A stretch of 64,000 nt of DNA from a virus, in IMG/VR virus record IMGVR_UViG_2718218054_000003; one strand, given 5' to 3'. Positions 46,940 to 54,017 of this stretch are shown one piece after another (position 1 is the first letter of the stretch; every line of letters starts with the position of its first letter). A program made the translations under genes and the position numbers. The notes beneath the pieces were generated by a model. That model was not told the DNA's origin and did no database searches. It saw nothing but the letters and a program-made list of their open reading frames with translations.

Positions 46940-47087
46940 GTCCTGCTAGTAGTTCAGCGGCCTAAGACGCCGCGATCGTGGAGATCGAGTCTCCTGCGGG
47001 GACCCGTTGATCCAGCACCCCGCGAACCCCGGCAAGGGGAGTGACACCGATCGCGGAAGCGCCGGTTCAAATCCGGTCGGCGGGACA
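46940..47087 (+). ncRNA. tRNA-bodied RNA with a 77-nt structured insert replacing the anticodon loop
   Basis: Acceptor stem, D arm GTTCAGCGGCCTAAGAC, anticodon stem CCGCG/CGCGG, T arm GCCGG-TTCAAAT-CCGGT; insert 46975-47051 folds into three hairpins. Confidence 0.8.
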
Positions 47088-47088
47088 T

Positions 47089-47172
47089 GGAAGGCGGCGC
47101 CGAGGTCGGCAAACCGGTCTTGAAAACCGGGCCGGGCCTAACAGCCTGGGGGTTCGATACCTCCGCCTTCTG
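47089..47172 (+). tRNA. tRNA-Ser(UGA), short D-loop
   Basis: GGAAGGC/GCCTTCT; CCGGT-CT-TGA-AA-ACCGG; long variable arm; G73. Confidence 0.8.
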
Positions 47173-47185
47173 CTGATGCTCGACT

Positions 47186-47269
47186 GGAAGACGGCGGCGC
47201 TGGTGCGCCAGATCGGTTGCTAACCGGTCGCCGGGCGAGAGCCCGAGGGTTCGATCCCTTCGTCTTCCG
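47186..47269 (+). tRNA. tRNA-Ser(GCU)
   Basis: GGAAGAC/GTCTTCC; ATCGG-TT-GCT-AA-CCGGT; variable arm with GAGA loop; G73. Confidence 0.85.
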
Positions 47270-47277
47270 CGCAGCAA

Positions 47278-47349
47278 GGCCGGTGAGCCATACGGTTGAG
47301 GCACCGCCCTTTCAAGGCGGGGAACCGGGTTCGATTCCCGGATCGGCTA
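47278..47349 (+). tRNA. tRNA-Glu(UUC)
   Basis: GGCCGGT/ATCGGCT; CCGCC-CT-TTC-AA-GGCGG; CCGGG-TTCGATT-CCCGG. Confidence 0.88.
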
Positions 47350-47351
47350 CA

Positions 47352-47441
47352 GCTCGGCGAAGTCGAAAGAGGCGTGGCGCCCCACGTCGAGTCGAGAGGC
47401 AGCAGGGTCCCGTCAGAGATGCGGGACAGCCCGTGGCAGCC
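47352..47441 (+). ncRNA. Unassigned structured RNA between tRNA-Glu and tRNA-fMet
   Basis: GCTCGGCG/CGTCGAGT stem; GTCCCG/CGGGAC stem; GNRA loops; no T-loop. Confidence 0.5.
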
Positions 47442-47445
47442 GCGG

Positions 47446-47518
47446 TGCGCCGTGGAGCAGTCGGTAGCTCGCTGGGCTCATAACCCAGAGGTCGCGGGTT
47501 CAAGTCCCGCCGGCGCTA
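47446..47518 (+). tRNA. Initiator tRNA-fMet(CAU)
   Basis: 1:72 mismatch, three G-C pairs in anticodon stem CTGGG-CT-CAT-AA-CCCAG. Confidence 0.92.
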
Positions 47519-47525
47519 CAACGAG

Positions 47526-47560
47526 AAGGGCCCGCCCGGATGTCACCGGGCGGGCCCTTT
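47526..47560. terminator. Bidirectional terminator between RNA operon and Ro60 gene
   Basis: AAGGGCCCGCCCGG/CCGGGCGGGCCCTT stem followed by T run. Confidence 0.8.
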
Positions 47561-47572
47561 GTCACATGCCGT

Positions 47573-49216
47573 TCAGAACGGCCAGGTGGCGTCTCGGCCG
47601 GACTCGAGCCACGGGATCATCTTGAAGGCCGCGTCGGTCAGGCCGCCGAAGGTGTGCCGGTTCCGCGCTCCGGAGCGGGTGTTGCCGTGCTGGTAGCCAC
47701 CCAGGTTCCACACGTACACCGGCGTGCTGCCCGGCACCGAGGCGGCAGCGTCAGCCGAGGCCGACTGCTCGTCGGTCACGATGATCACGCGGTCGTGGCC
47801 GGCGAAGTGCTCGCGCACCGCAGCTGCCGTGTCCGTGTAGCTGATCGGGTCGCCGAGGCCGTCGACGAACTTCAGCAACGACCCGCCGCGGGGCGGGTCG
47901 ACCTTGCGGCTCGTGCCACCGAACAGCACGGTCGTGGCGTTGGCCGCGCGCATCGCAACCGCGCAACCGAACACCGCCGCCTGGTCCGCGCACGTGATGT
48001 CCGACTTGGACGGCGTCGAGAAGTGGTAGCCGGGGAACATCGACGGCGACCGGTCGATCAGCACGAGCGTCCGCCCCGGCAGCGCGGGCACGTTCCGCAG
48101 GGACGCCTGCAGCGCCTTCTCCAGTGTGTGCCCCCACCGCAGCGACGGCGCGGCCCGGTACGCGGCCAGGAACCGGAACGGGAACTGCTGCGACCGCTCC
48201 ACCTGCGCGGGGTCCGCCAGCTTCGCCGCGACCTCTGCTGCGACCTCGTCCGAGACGCCGGCCTCGTCGAAGTTCCTGAGCTGACGGAGCAACGCCATGT
48301 AGCCCATGGTCGGGACGAGCGCCTCCCACACCTGCGCGGTCATCGGGCCCTGCAGCCACCCGGCGACCGACTCCCACGTCATGCCTGCCTGCCGCAGCAC
48401 CGAGGAGACGGCGTCGCGGTCACGGTCGAACAGGGCACGGCGCTTCTCGACCGGCCACTTCATCAGCTCGGCGCGCGCAGCCATCATCTCGAGCCGGGCG
48501 GGGATGGCGGCTTCGTTGTCGCGTCGCCGGTCGAGCATGTGCTGGAACAGGTCGCCCTGCCAGTCCGCCTTCGGTGACGGGTGCGCGAGGTTCAGCACGT
48601 CGGCCATGCGGAAGCCGCGGGCGGTGCTGTCCCACTTCAGCACCGCGCGCTCGTCCCACAGGCGCTGGATGGCGTCGGCGATGCCGCGCTTCACGGGCTT
48701 GGGCACCTTGCGTCCGTGCACCGCGGTCCAGTAGGCGAGGAGTTCGCCGGGCTCGTCGGCGCGCTGCAGCACGGACTCGATGACGTTGCGGTTGGCGGCC
48801 AGCACGTAGTTGAGGTGGTCGCCGTCGAACGTGCCGTCGAGCGCCTGCGTCTCGTGCTGGTCGGCCGGGCGCGTGCCGGCGGCGGCGAGGCGGGCGTGCA
48901 CGTACTCGGCCGCGCCGACGAGCGATGCCGTGCGCATGTTCGCCTCGGTGCGCAGCCAGAGCAGGAACCGGGCCGTCCACGCCGGATCCTCCAGCGCGAC
49001 GGTGCGCACGAGGTCGGCGTAGCGGACGTCGCGCTTCTCGGCGGACTCGTAGAAGGTGTCGGTGCCGACCATGTTGGACACGGCGTGCAGGAACAGCTCG
49101 GACTTGGTGTCGCGCGCGAAGGCCTCGCCGCCCTGGTGATTGCGGGCGATCGTGGGCGTGCTGACGACCGGGCTGGAGACAGCCGGTCGGACCCCTTGGG
49201 TGTTGAATCGTGCCAC
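47573..49216 (-). CDS. rsr: Ro60/TROVE-domain RNA-binding protein with vWA domain
   Basis: MARFN start, YLR..ANMRT-like WLRTEANMRTASL, QRADEPGE, KWD, MGYMALLRQLRNF, QFPFRFLAAY, MIDAS DRSPS, IVTDEQ. Confidence 0.93.
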   Translation of the reverse strand: MARFNTQGVRPAVSSPVVSTPTIARNHQGGEAFARDTKSELFLHAVSNMVGTDTFYESAEKRDVRYADLVRTVALEDPAWTARFLLWLRTEANMRTASLVGAAEYVHARLAAAGTRPADQHETQALDGTFDGDHLNYVLAANRNVIESVLQRADEPGELLAYWTAVHGRKVPKPVKRGIADAIQRLWDERAVLKWDSTARGFRMADVLNLAHPSPKADWQGDLFQHMLDRRRDNEAAIPARLEMMAARAELMKWPVEKRRALFDRDRDAVSSVLRQAGMTWESVAGWLQGPMTAQVWEALVPTMGYMALLRQLRNFDEAGVSDEVAAEVAAKLADPAQVERSQQFPFRFLAAYRAAPSLRWGHTLEKALQASLRNVPALPGRTLVLIDRSPSMFPGYHFSTPSKSDITCADQAAVFGCAVAMRAANATTVLFGGTSRKVDPPRGGSLLKFVDGLGDPISYTDTAAAVREHFAGHDRVIIVTDEQSASADAAASVPGSTPVYVWNLGGYQHGNTRSGARNRHTFGGLTDAAFKMIPWLESGRDATWPF

Positions 49217-49248
49217 AGGCTCAACCTCTCTGCGAGAGGGAGCTACAG

Positions 49249-49399
49249 CCTCACACGGGCCCGAGGTCAAGTCGGTGAAGGTGACAATGCGTCCTGGGCC
49301 GCTAGACCACGTCGACATGAAGCCGACGGCAGGATTCGAACCTGCGCCTCACCTTTTGCAGAGGAAGTAACCCTCGCCTGCGCACCGGGCCGTGTGAAG
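49249..49399 (-). ncRNA. yrlA: YrlA-type Y RNA with circularly permuted tRNA-like domain
   Basis: Order T arm (GCAGG-TTCGAAT-CCTGC), acceptor closed by loop (CGTCGGC-TTCAT-GTCGACG), D arm (GTCTAGCGGCCCAGGAC); terminal stem with TTGACC; directly upstream of Ro60. Confidence 0.85.
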
Positions 49400-49406
49400 T
49401 TGTTGG

Positions 49407-49475
49407 CTCCCGAGATCAGGGCGCCGACGGTGGGTTTCTTTACGAGAGAAGTAACCGTCGGCTTCGCACCGGGAG
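49407..49475 (-). ncRNA. Second, short Y-like RNA lacking the tRNA-like domain
   Basis: 5' 26 nt match the YrlA-like RNA at 23/26; terminal stem CTCCCG/CGGGAG; inner stem GCCGACGG/CCGTCGGC. Confidence 0.7.
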
Positions 49476-49484
49476 TGCACGTCC

Positions 49485-49514
49485 ACTGTAACCCAGCTGT
49501 GCCACTGCTTTGAA
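49485..49514 (-). promoter_or_regulatory. SigA-like promoter for Y RNA-Ro60 operon
   Basis: TTCAAA-N18-TACAGT. Confidence 0.55.
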
Positions 49515-49518
49515 CCAT

Positions 49519-49935
49519 TCACACGACGGTGACGGTCTCCTCCGCCACCTCGCCGCTCACGATGCGAAACGACTTCACATCCGGCGGCATCCGGACGTTG
49601 CCGCGGTCGCGCGTCGCCACGATCACCCAGTGCGCCTCGGGAATCGTGGCGTGCTGGATGTCCAGCCTGGACGGGTACGCGTGCGTCGCCGTGTGCGAGT
49701 GGTAGATGACGACCGGCCGTTCCCGCTTCTCGGCCATCTCCTGCCACACCTCGATCTGTTCGTCCGGGTTAAACCGGTACGCCACGGTCGAGCGCTCGGC
49801 GTTGCGCATCGGCACGATCCGGTCCGGCACGTCGCCAGCGCGCGGGCCGGGCATAACACCGCAGGCCTCGATCGGGTGCTCGGCGCGGCAGTGCGCGAGC
49901 ATCGCGTCGAACAGGTGGCGGGGCATGGTCAGCAC
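49519..49935 (-). CDS. JAB/MPN+ metalloprotease, Mec (CysO-cysteine peptidase)-like
   Basis: EACG...YHSHTATHAYPSRLD (E, HxH-x7-S-xx-D). Confidence 0.9.
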   Translation of the reverse strand: MLTMPRHLFDAMLAHCRAEHPIEACGVMPGPRAGDVPDRIVPMRNAERSTVAYRFNPDEQIEVWQEMAEKRERPVVIYHSHTATHAYPSRLDIQHATIPEAHWVIVATRDRGNVRMPPDVKSFRIVSGEVAEETVTVV

Positions 49936-50600
49936 GGCGGCTCGGTCCCTTCGATCGCGGCGAGGACCTTCGTGACTCGATACGGCTGCTGGCACGACTC
50001 GCACCTCGGAAGCCCCCGGCGCATGCCGGACCTCTCGAACTCGGTGCCGTGGTACTGGCAGGACTTGGGCGCGTGCTTCAGCACGGACGCCGCGCGCAGC
50101 AGCTTCGCCTCAGCGCCGCCGGCGCGACGGGCCATCGCGACGAGCTCCTCCTGCAACGTCGCGTGCCCCGCTTGCTCGCACGCGGCACCGGCGGCCGCCG
50201 CGGCGAACAACATGCCGATCTGTTCCAGGCGCTGATCGACGGGCGTCTGGTTCCAGCGCGCCAGCCACTGGCCAGGCGTCGGACGCACGCCCTCGACCGG
50301 CTCCGTCGACGGGTCCTCGCCGGCGCGGAGCCACGCCACCTCCGCGCGCAGCCGCTCCAGCTCGGCGGCGTGCTCGTCGTCGTCCAGGTCGAGGAACACG
50401 AGGCGGGTCGCGCCGTCGTGGCCGTGCACGGTCTCGGCGCTCGCGAGGTCGTCCCAGTTCACTGTGGACTGGTGCTCGCCGCGCCACCGAATCGTGACCG
50501 TTCCGTCCGGCCACAGGACGCCGTCCGCGACCCGGCCGGTGCCGGACGCGCCGGTGACGTCAGTGCGGCGGTCGAGGTAGAACCTGTGAGGTTCAGCCAC
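49929..50600 (-). CDS. Conserved-looking phage hypothetical protein
   Basis: DVTGASGTG.VADGV.WPDG.V..RW, HGHDG.T. Confidence 0.7.
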   Translation of the reverse strand: MAEPHRFYLDRRTDVTGASGTGRVADGVLWPDGTVTIRWRGEHQSTVNWDDLASAETVHGHDGATRLVFLDLDDDEHAAELERLRAEVAWLRAGEDPSTEPVEGVRPTPGQWLARWNQTPVDQRLEQIGMLFAAAAAGAACEQAGHATLQEELVAMARRAGGAEAKLLRAASVLKHAPKSCQYHGTEFERSGMRRGLPRCESCQQPYRVTKVLAAIEGTEPPC

Positions 50601-50808
50601 CGTTGTTCTCCTTGCCCTGTTCGGCGTGGACCTGGCTTGATGTGAGGAGCTCGGCCGAGGACAGGATGATCGCCAGCCAGCTCAGGCCGAGGACGAACTG
50701 CGGTTCGTCGTTTGCGACGGTGAGCGCGGTGATGGGCCAGCCGATGGCCGAACCGACGAGCAGTACCCACGCGATGACGATCCGGGCCTTACGGGCGCGT
50801 TGGCTCAC
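50593..50808 (-). CDS. Small membrane protein
   Basis: 2 TM. Confidence 0.65.
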   Translation of the reverse strand: MSQRARKARIVIAWVLLVGSAIGWPITALTVANDEPQFVLGLSWLAIILSSAELLTSSQVHAEQGKENNGG

Positions 50809-51071
50809 GGCTGTTCCTGGTGGCAGGAGCAGCCGCAGCGGCGGCCAGTCTCGGTTGCGAGGATGGCCTGGGCGGCTTCCCAGACGTACATGACGGGCCT
50901 GCTCAGGAGAACCCGCCAGTTCTCGCGGCGGGCTTGCTCTTCGACGCTGCGCAGCCAGAGACCGATCGGCTTCCGGAGCGCCGGCGGTTGGATAACGTCG
51001 ACGTGCTCGACGGCATCAAGAAGCACGGCACGGAACTGCTCGACGGTCACGTCACTCAAGGACCTGGTCAT
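50805..51071 (-). CDS. Hypothetical protein
   Basis: ATGA coupling. Confidence 0.6.
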   Translation of the reverse strand: MTRSLSDVTVEQFRAVLLDAVEHVDVIQPPALRKPIGLWLRSVEEQARRENWRVLLSRPVMYVWEAAQAILATETGRRCGCSCHQEQP

Positions 51072-51532
51072 GGCAGCTCCACGTGGCAGTCGCAGATGCA
51101 GCGGCCGTTGACGTCCATGCGGCCCTGGGGCTCGCCGTGGTGGAGCGGCAACGTGCAGCAGCGGGGGATGATGGCGTCGAGCTGGTCGTGCAGGACGGGG
51201 ATGTGCGGTCCGAGGCCGGGCATGCCGGGGTAGGGCGGCGGGAACTCGTCGGCGCGGCGCTCGGCCACCACATTGGTCCGGTACACCACCCGCAGCGCGC
51301 CGGCTGACGGCTGACCCGGTTCCCACGGTTCCCGGACGATCTGGTCGTCCTCACCGCGGCGTTCCAGCGTCCAGGTCTCGTGGAGCGGTGTGGTGATGCG
51401 CCTGCCGTCCCGTGCCACGGCCTGCTTGAGGGCTCGCCGCGCCTCGTGCTTGAGGGCGTCCACGACGAGCGGTTGTTCTGCGTCGTCTGCGTGCAGCGCG
51501 AACGTGCCGCCGAATTGCTGAGGATCGGTCAC
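51068..51532 (-). CDS. Hypothetical protein
   Basis: GGAGG RBS; coupling. Confidence 0.55.
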   Translation of the reverse strand: MTDPQQFGGTFALHADDAEQPLVVDALKHEARRALKQAVARDGRRITTPLHETWTLERRGEDDQIVREPWEPGQPSAGALRVVYRTNVVAERRADEFPPPYPGMPGLGPHIPVLHDQLDAIIPRCCTLPLHHGEPQGRMDVNGRCICDCHVELP

Positions 51533-51795
51533 GAGGGGTCCTCCGACGATGCGTTGGTGCGGAGCCAGTGCAGGTCCGCGTGGCAGAGGTCCACCCAGCG
51601 GGGCCCGAGCTTGGTGTGCGCGATGCACGCGACCTGGGCGCGCTCGCCGCAGCGCAGGCAGCCGTGCACCTCGTCCTGGACACGGCGCGTGGTCGCGGCA
51701 CCCTGGTCGTCGGCTGGCGCTTCTTCGAGCAGACGCGGTTCCGCGCGCACGAGGTGGAGCAGGCCGTCGGCGAGTGCCCTTTCGGATGCGGTCAT
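51529..51795 (-). CDS. Small Zn-finger-like protein
   Basis: CLRC..DLC..D. Confidence 0.6.
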   Translation of the reverse strand: MTASERALADGLLHLVRAEPRLLEEAPADDQGAATTRRVQDEVHGCLRCGERAQVACIAHTKLGPRWVDLCHADLHWLRTNASSEDPS

Positions 51796-51942
51796 GGGCG
51801 CCATCCCTCGCGGTACCCGTCGTTGTGCTGGTAGGCGAGCGCGATGTCGCGCCACGTCCCGCAGGGGAAGTACTTGGTGTCCTCGAAGCCGATCGCTTGC
51901 TCTCGGCTGCACGCGTTGCACCACGCGGTATCGCAGCTTCAC
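51792..51942 (-). pseudogene. DUF6221-like C-terminal fragment with disrupted start
   Basis: Frame reads SCDTAWCNAC...FPCGTWRDIALAYQHNDGYREGWRP-stop; GTG is one base out of frame. Confidence 0.5.
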
Positions 51943-52376
51943 GTCGTGTCCTCCTCGACTGCGGTCCAGTTTTCGAGCACGACTACGCGACGGCGGTACA
52001 CCTTGCTGCCGTTCTGCAGCTCGTCCCGGATCCACTCCGCCAGCGGGTAGACGCGCTCGATGTCCGGATGCGGGTTGCGGACCTGCATCCCGCCGCTGGC
52101 CAAGCGGAGCGCGTGCTCGGTGAGCGTCGCCTCCGTGACCTTCGTGAGTTCCGCGTTCAGGCGCTGAATCGTGCGCAGGTACTCCAGCGGGGTGTGGGTG
52201 TCCACATGCGCCTGGAGGACGGCCTCCGCGTCCTGTGCCTCCTGAATCGCCACAGCCGCCACGAACTCGTCGAGCGTGAGGAACGAGCCCTGAGGTGGCC
52301 CTCCGAGGGGTGACGGGCGGTCGAGGTAGAAGTCGCACTCGTCGACCGGGCACAGGTGCCGAAGCGTTGGGCCCAT
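51939..52376 (-). CDS. Hypothetical protein
   Basis: Coupling. Confidence 0.6.
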   Translation of the reverse strand: MGPTLRHLCPVDECDFYLDRPSPLGGPPQGSFLTLDEFVAAVAIQEAQDAEAVLQAHVDTHTPLEYLRTIQRLNAELTKVTEATLTEHALRLASGGMQVRNPHPDIERVYPLAEWIRDELQNGSKVYRRRVVVLENWTAVEEDTT

Positions 52377-52819
52377 CACGGCCGCCACTCCTCGCGGTAT
52401 CCGGGGCGGTGCTGGTAGGCGAGCGCGACGATCCTGATGGTCTTGCAGGGGTATCGCTGTGGTGAGCTGCCGCCGTGCGTCGGGTAGCCCCACTTGCCGG
52501 TGACGCAGGTGGCGCAGTCGCCCTCGTTGACGTCCCAGTGCTCATCGAGGAGCGCTTCGTGTGCGGCGCACTGGGCGAGCACGACGCGCGGGTCGTGACG
52601 GACAATGTGCAGCGCGTCCTCGGTGGAGTCGAAGACGGGCGCCTCACCACCCCAACGGCCGCCGCCGATCACGCACGTTCCGTCGGCGCCGTAGATCGCC
52701 TCGGCGTACCCCGCGTCGTTCACATGCCACGGACCGTCGCAGGACTCCTCCGCGATCCGTCGATCCTCGGCGATCTGCTCGCGCAGCCACACCACGAGCT
52801 CGTCGAGCGCCGCCGTCAC
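52376..52819 (-). CDS. DUF6221-family protein
   Basis: WLREQIAED, HDPRVVLAQC, PC.TIRIVALAYQHRPGYREEWRP. Confidence 0.75.
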   Translation of the reverse strand: MTAALDELVVWLREQIAEDRRIAEESCDGPWHVNDAGYAEAIYGADGTCVIGGGRWGGEAPVFDSTEDALHIVRHDPRVVLAQCAAHEALLDEHWDVNEGDCATCVTGKWGYPTHGGSSPQRYPCKTIRIVALAYQHRPGYREEWRP

Positions 52820-53205
52820 CGCGGTTCCTCCAGGAGTTGGGGGATGCAGTCGCCTGCGATCGAGCAGATCGTCCTGTCCCGCAGACGGATCGTGCCTGCT
52901 TCGGCGAGCGGGATCTCGTCAGCGCCGCCCTCTTTGCGAGGCCGGAGAACGGTCCACCGGATACCGGTTGTGGTGATCATGACGAGGTTCTTGTCGAAGG
53001 TTTCCCTTCTCGCCCGCGCGATCACCTCGGCCTCGGTGTAGCGGCGTGCGTAGTCGTCGGTGAAGTATTCAGCGATCAGCTCGCACTTCGCTTCGACTCG
53101 CTTGCGGGTGGCCCAGCAGCCGACGACGTGGAAGCCGGCCGTCATGTGGTCGATCATCGCCACCACCTCCACCTGCGCAGCCGCGCCCGGAAGCGCTGCC
53201 ACCAC
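52816..53205 (-). CDS. Hypothetical protein
   Basis: Coupling. Confidence 0.55.
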   Translation of the reverse strand: MVAALPGAAAQVEVVAMIDHMTAGFHVVGCWATRKRVEAKCELIAEYFTDDYARRYTEAEVIARARRETFDKNLVMITTTGIRWTVLRPRKEGGADEIPLAEAGTIRLRDRTICSIAGDCIPQLLEEPR

Positions 53206-53435
53206 GTGCGCTCTGGCAGCAGCACGACCTGCACGCCAGCAAGAGGGGCCACCACGCCGAGGTCGTCAGGGCGCTGGAGAAACGGCGGCGCAGCCGCGGT
53301 GTACCGCTTCAGCACGTCGAATTGGCGATGCGTCATGAAGACGTGCGTTGGCCACGGCTCGGCCGCCAGCGGCGGCATGTTGGCGAGCAGCGTCCTCATG
53401 TACTCGTCCATCTTGCTGCTGATCTGCTCGTGCAC
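53154..53435 (-). CDS. Hypothetical protein
   Basis: Start uncertain. Confidence 0.5.
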   Translation of the reverse strand: MHEQISSKMDEYMRTLLANMPPLAAEPWPTHVFMTHRQFDVLKRYTAAAPPFLQRPDDLGVVAPLAGVQVVLLPERTWWQRFRARLRRWRWWR

Positions 53436-53620
53436 GGCTCGGTGCCGGTGTCGGTGCTGCCCCAGCGCAACCGGGCGAGCAGCCCGACGACGTGGTCCCG
53501 CGCACCGGCCCAGCTGGCGAAGGACGTGACCTCCGGGTCGCCGAACCCGAGGCGTGGCCAGGTGACCGTCCACTCCTGCGGCGCGGTCTTCCTGATGCTG
53601 ACGCGGTCACGCACGATCAC
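53396..53620 (-). CDS. Hypothetical protein
   Basis: GTGA coupling at start. Confidence 0.45.
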   Translation of the reverse strand: MIVRDRVSIRKTAPQEWTVTWPRLGFGDPEVTSFASWAGARDHVVGLLARLRWGSTDTGTEPCTSRSAARWTST

Positions 53621-54017
53621 CGCCGCGGTGCATGCAGGGCGGGCGGTCGTTCCAGTTCATGTCGTAGTCGACCCAGACGAGCGTCCCGTTGAGCCAGCCC
53701 AGGTTCGCCGGCTTCTTGTCCATGGGACCGTTGAAGCCGATGGCGGCGTACACGTCGTCGGTCAGGTCCTCCGACGCGGGCTCGCACCGCGGGTAGACGT
53801 TGACGAGCCCGGCCGCCGACCAGAGGACAGGGCAGAGGCCTTCCTGCCCGGACCACTCGGCTTCGGACAGGTTCGCGGACAGCCCGCGGGCGAGACTCCA
53901 CATCACGCCGCGAAGCCTCTTGCCGTGCGAGCGCAGCGACGGAAACTTGAACGCCCACCGGCCGGCGAGCAGCACCGTGCGGGTGACTCCGCGGCGTACC
54001 GCGAACCGCGGCTCCAT
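53607..54017 (-). CDS. Minimal protein-kinase-like fold protein
   Basis: G.TR.V, AFKFP (Lys), NLSE (alphaC Glu), DKKPAN catalytic loop, VDYD. Confidence 0.55.
   Translation of the reverse strand: MEPRFAVRRGVTRTVLLAGRWAFKFPSLRSHGKRLRGVMWSLARGLSANLSEAEWSGQEGLCPVLWSAAGLVNVYPRCEPASEDLTDDVYAAIGFNGPMDKKPANLGWLNGTLVWVDYDMNWNDRPPCMHRGGDRA

Noticed and set aside
46940-47087. tRNA-Sec, intron-containing tRNA or tmRNA
   Set aside because: No UCA anticodon or long variable arm; insert too short for self-splicing introns; plausible splicing does not restore a Y32-U33 loop; no tag ORF
47352-47441. SRP RNA or a confident theta/HDV ribozyme call
   Set aside because: AGCAG is present but the opposing CAGG loop is missing; HDV L3 and P2 could not be fitted; kept only as an unassigned RNA
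49364-49473. 26-nt direct repeat as a mini CRISPR array
   Set aside because: Only two copies, no cas genes; explained by the duplicated Y RNA 5' module
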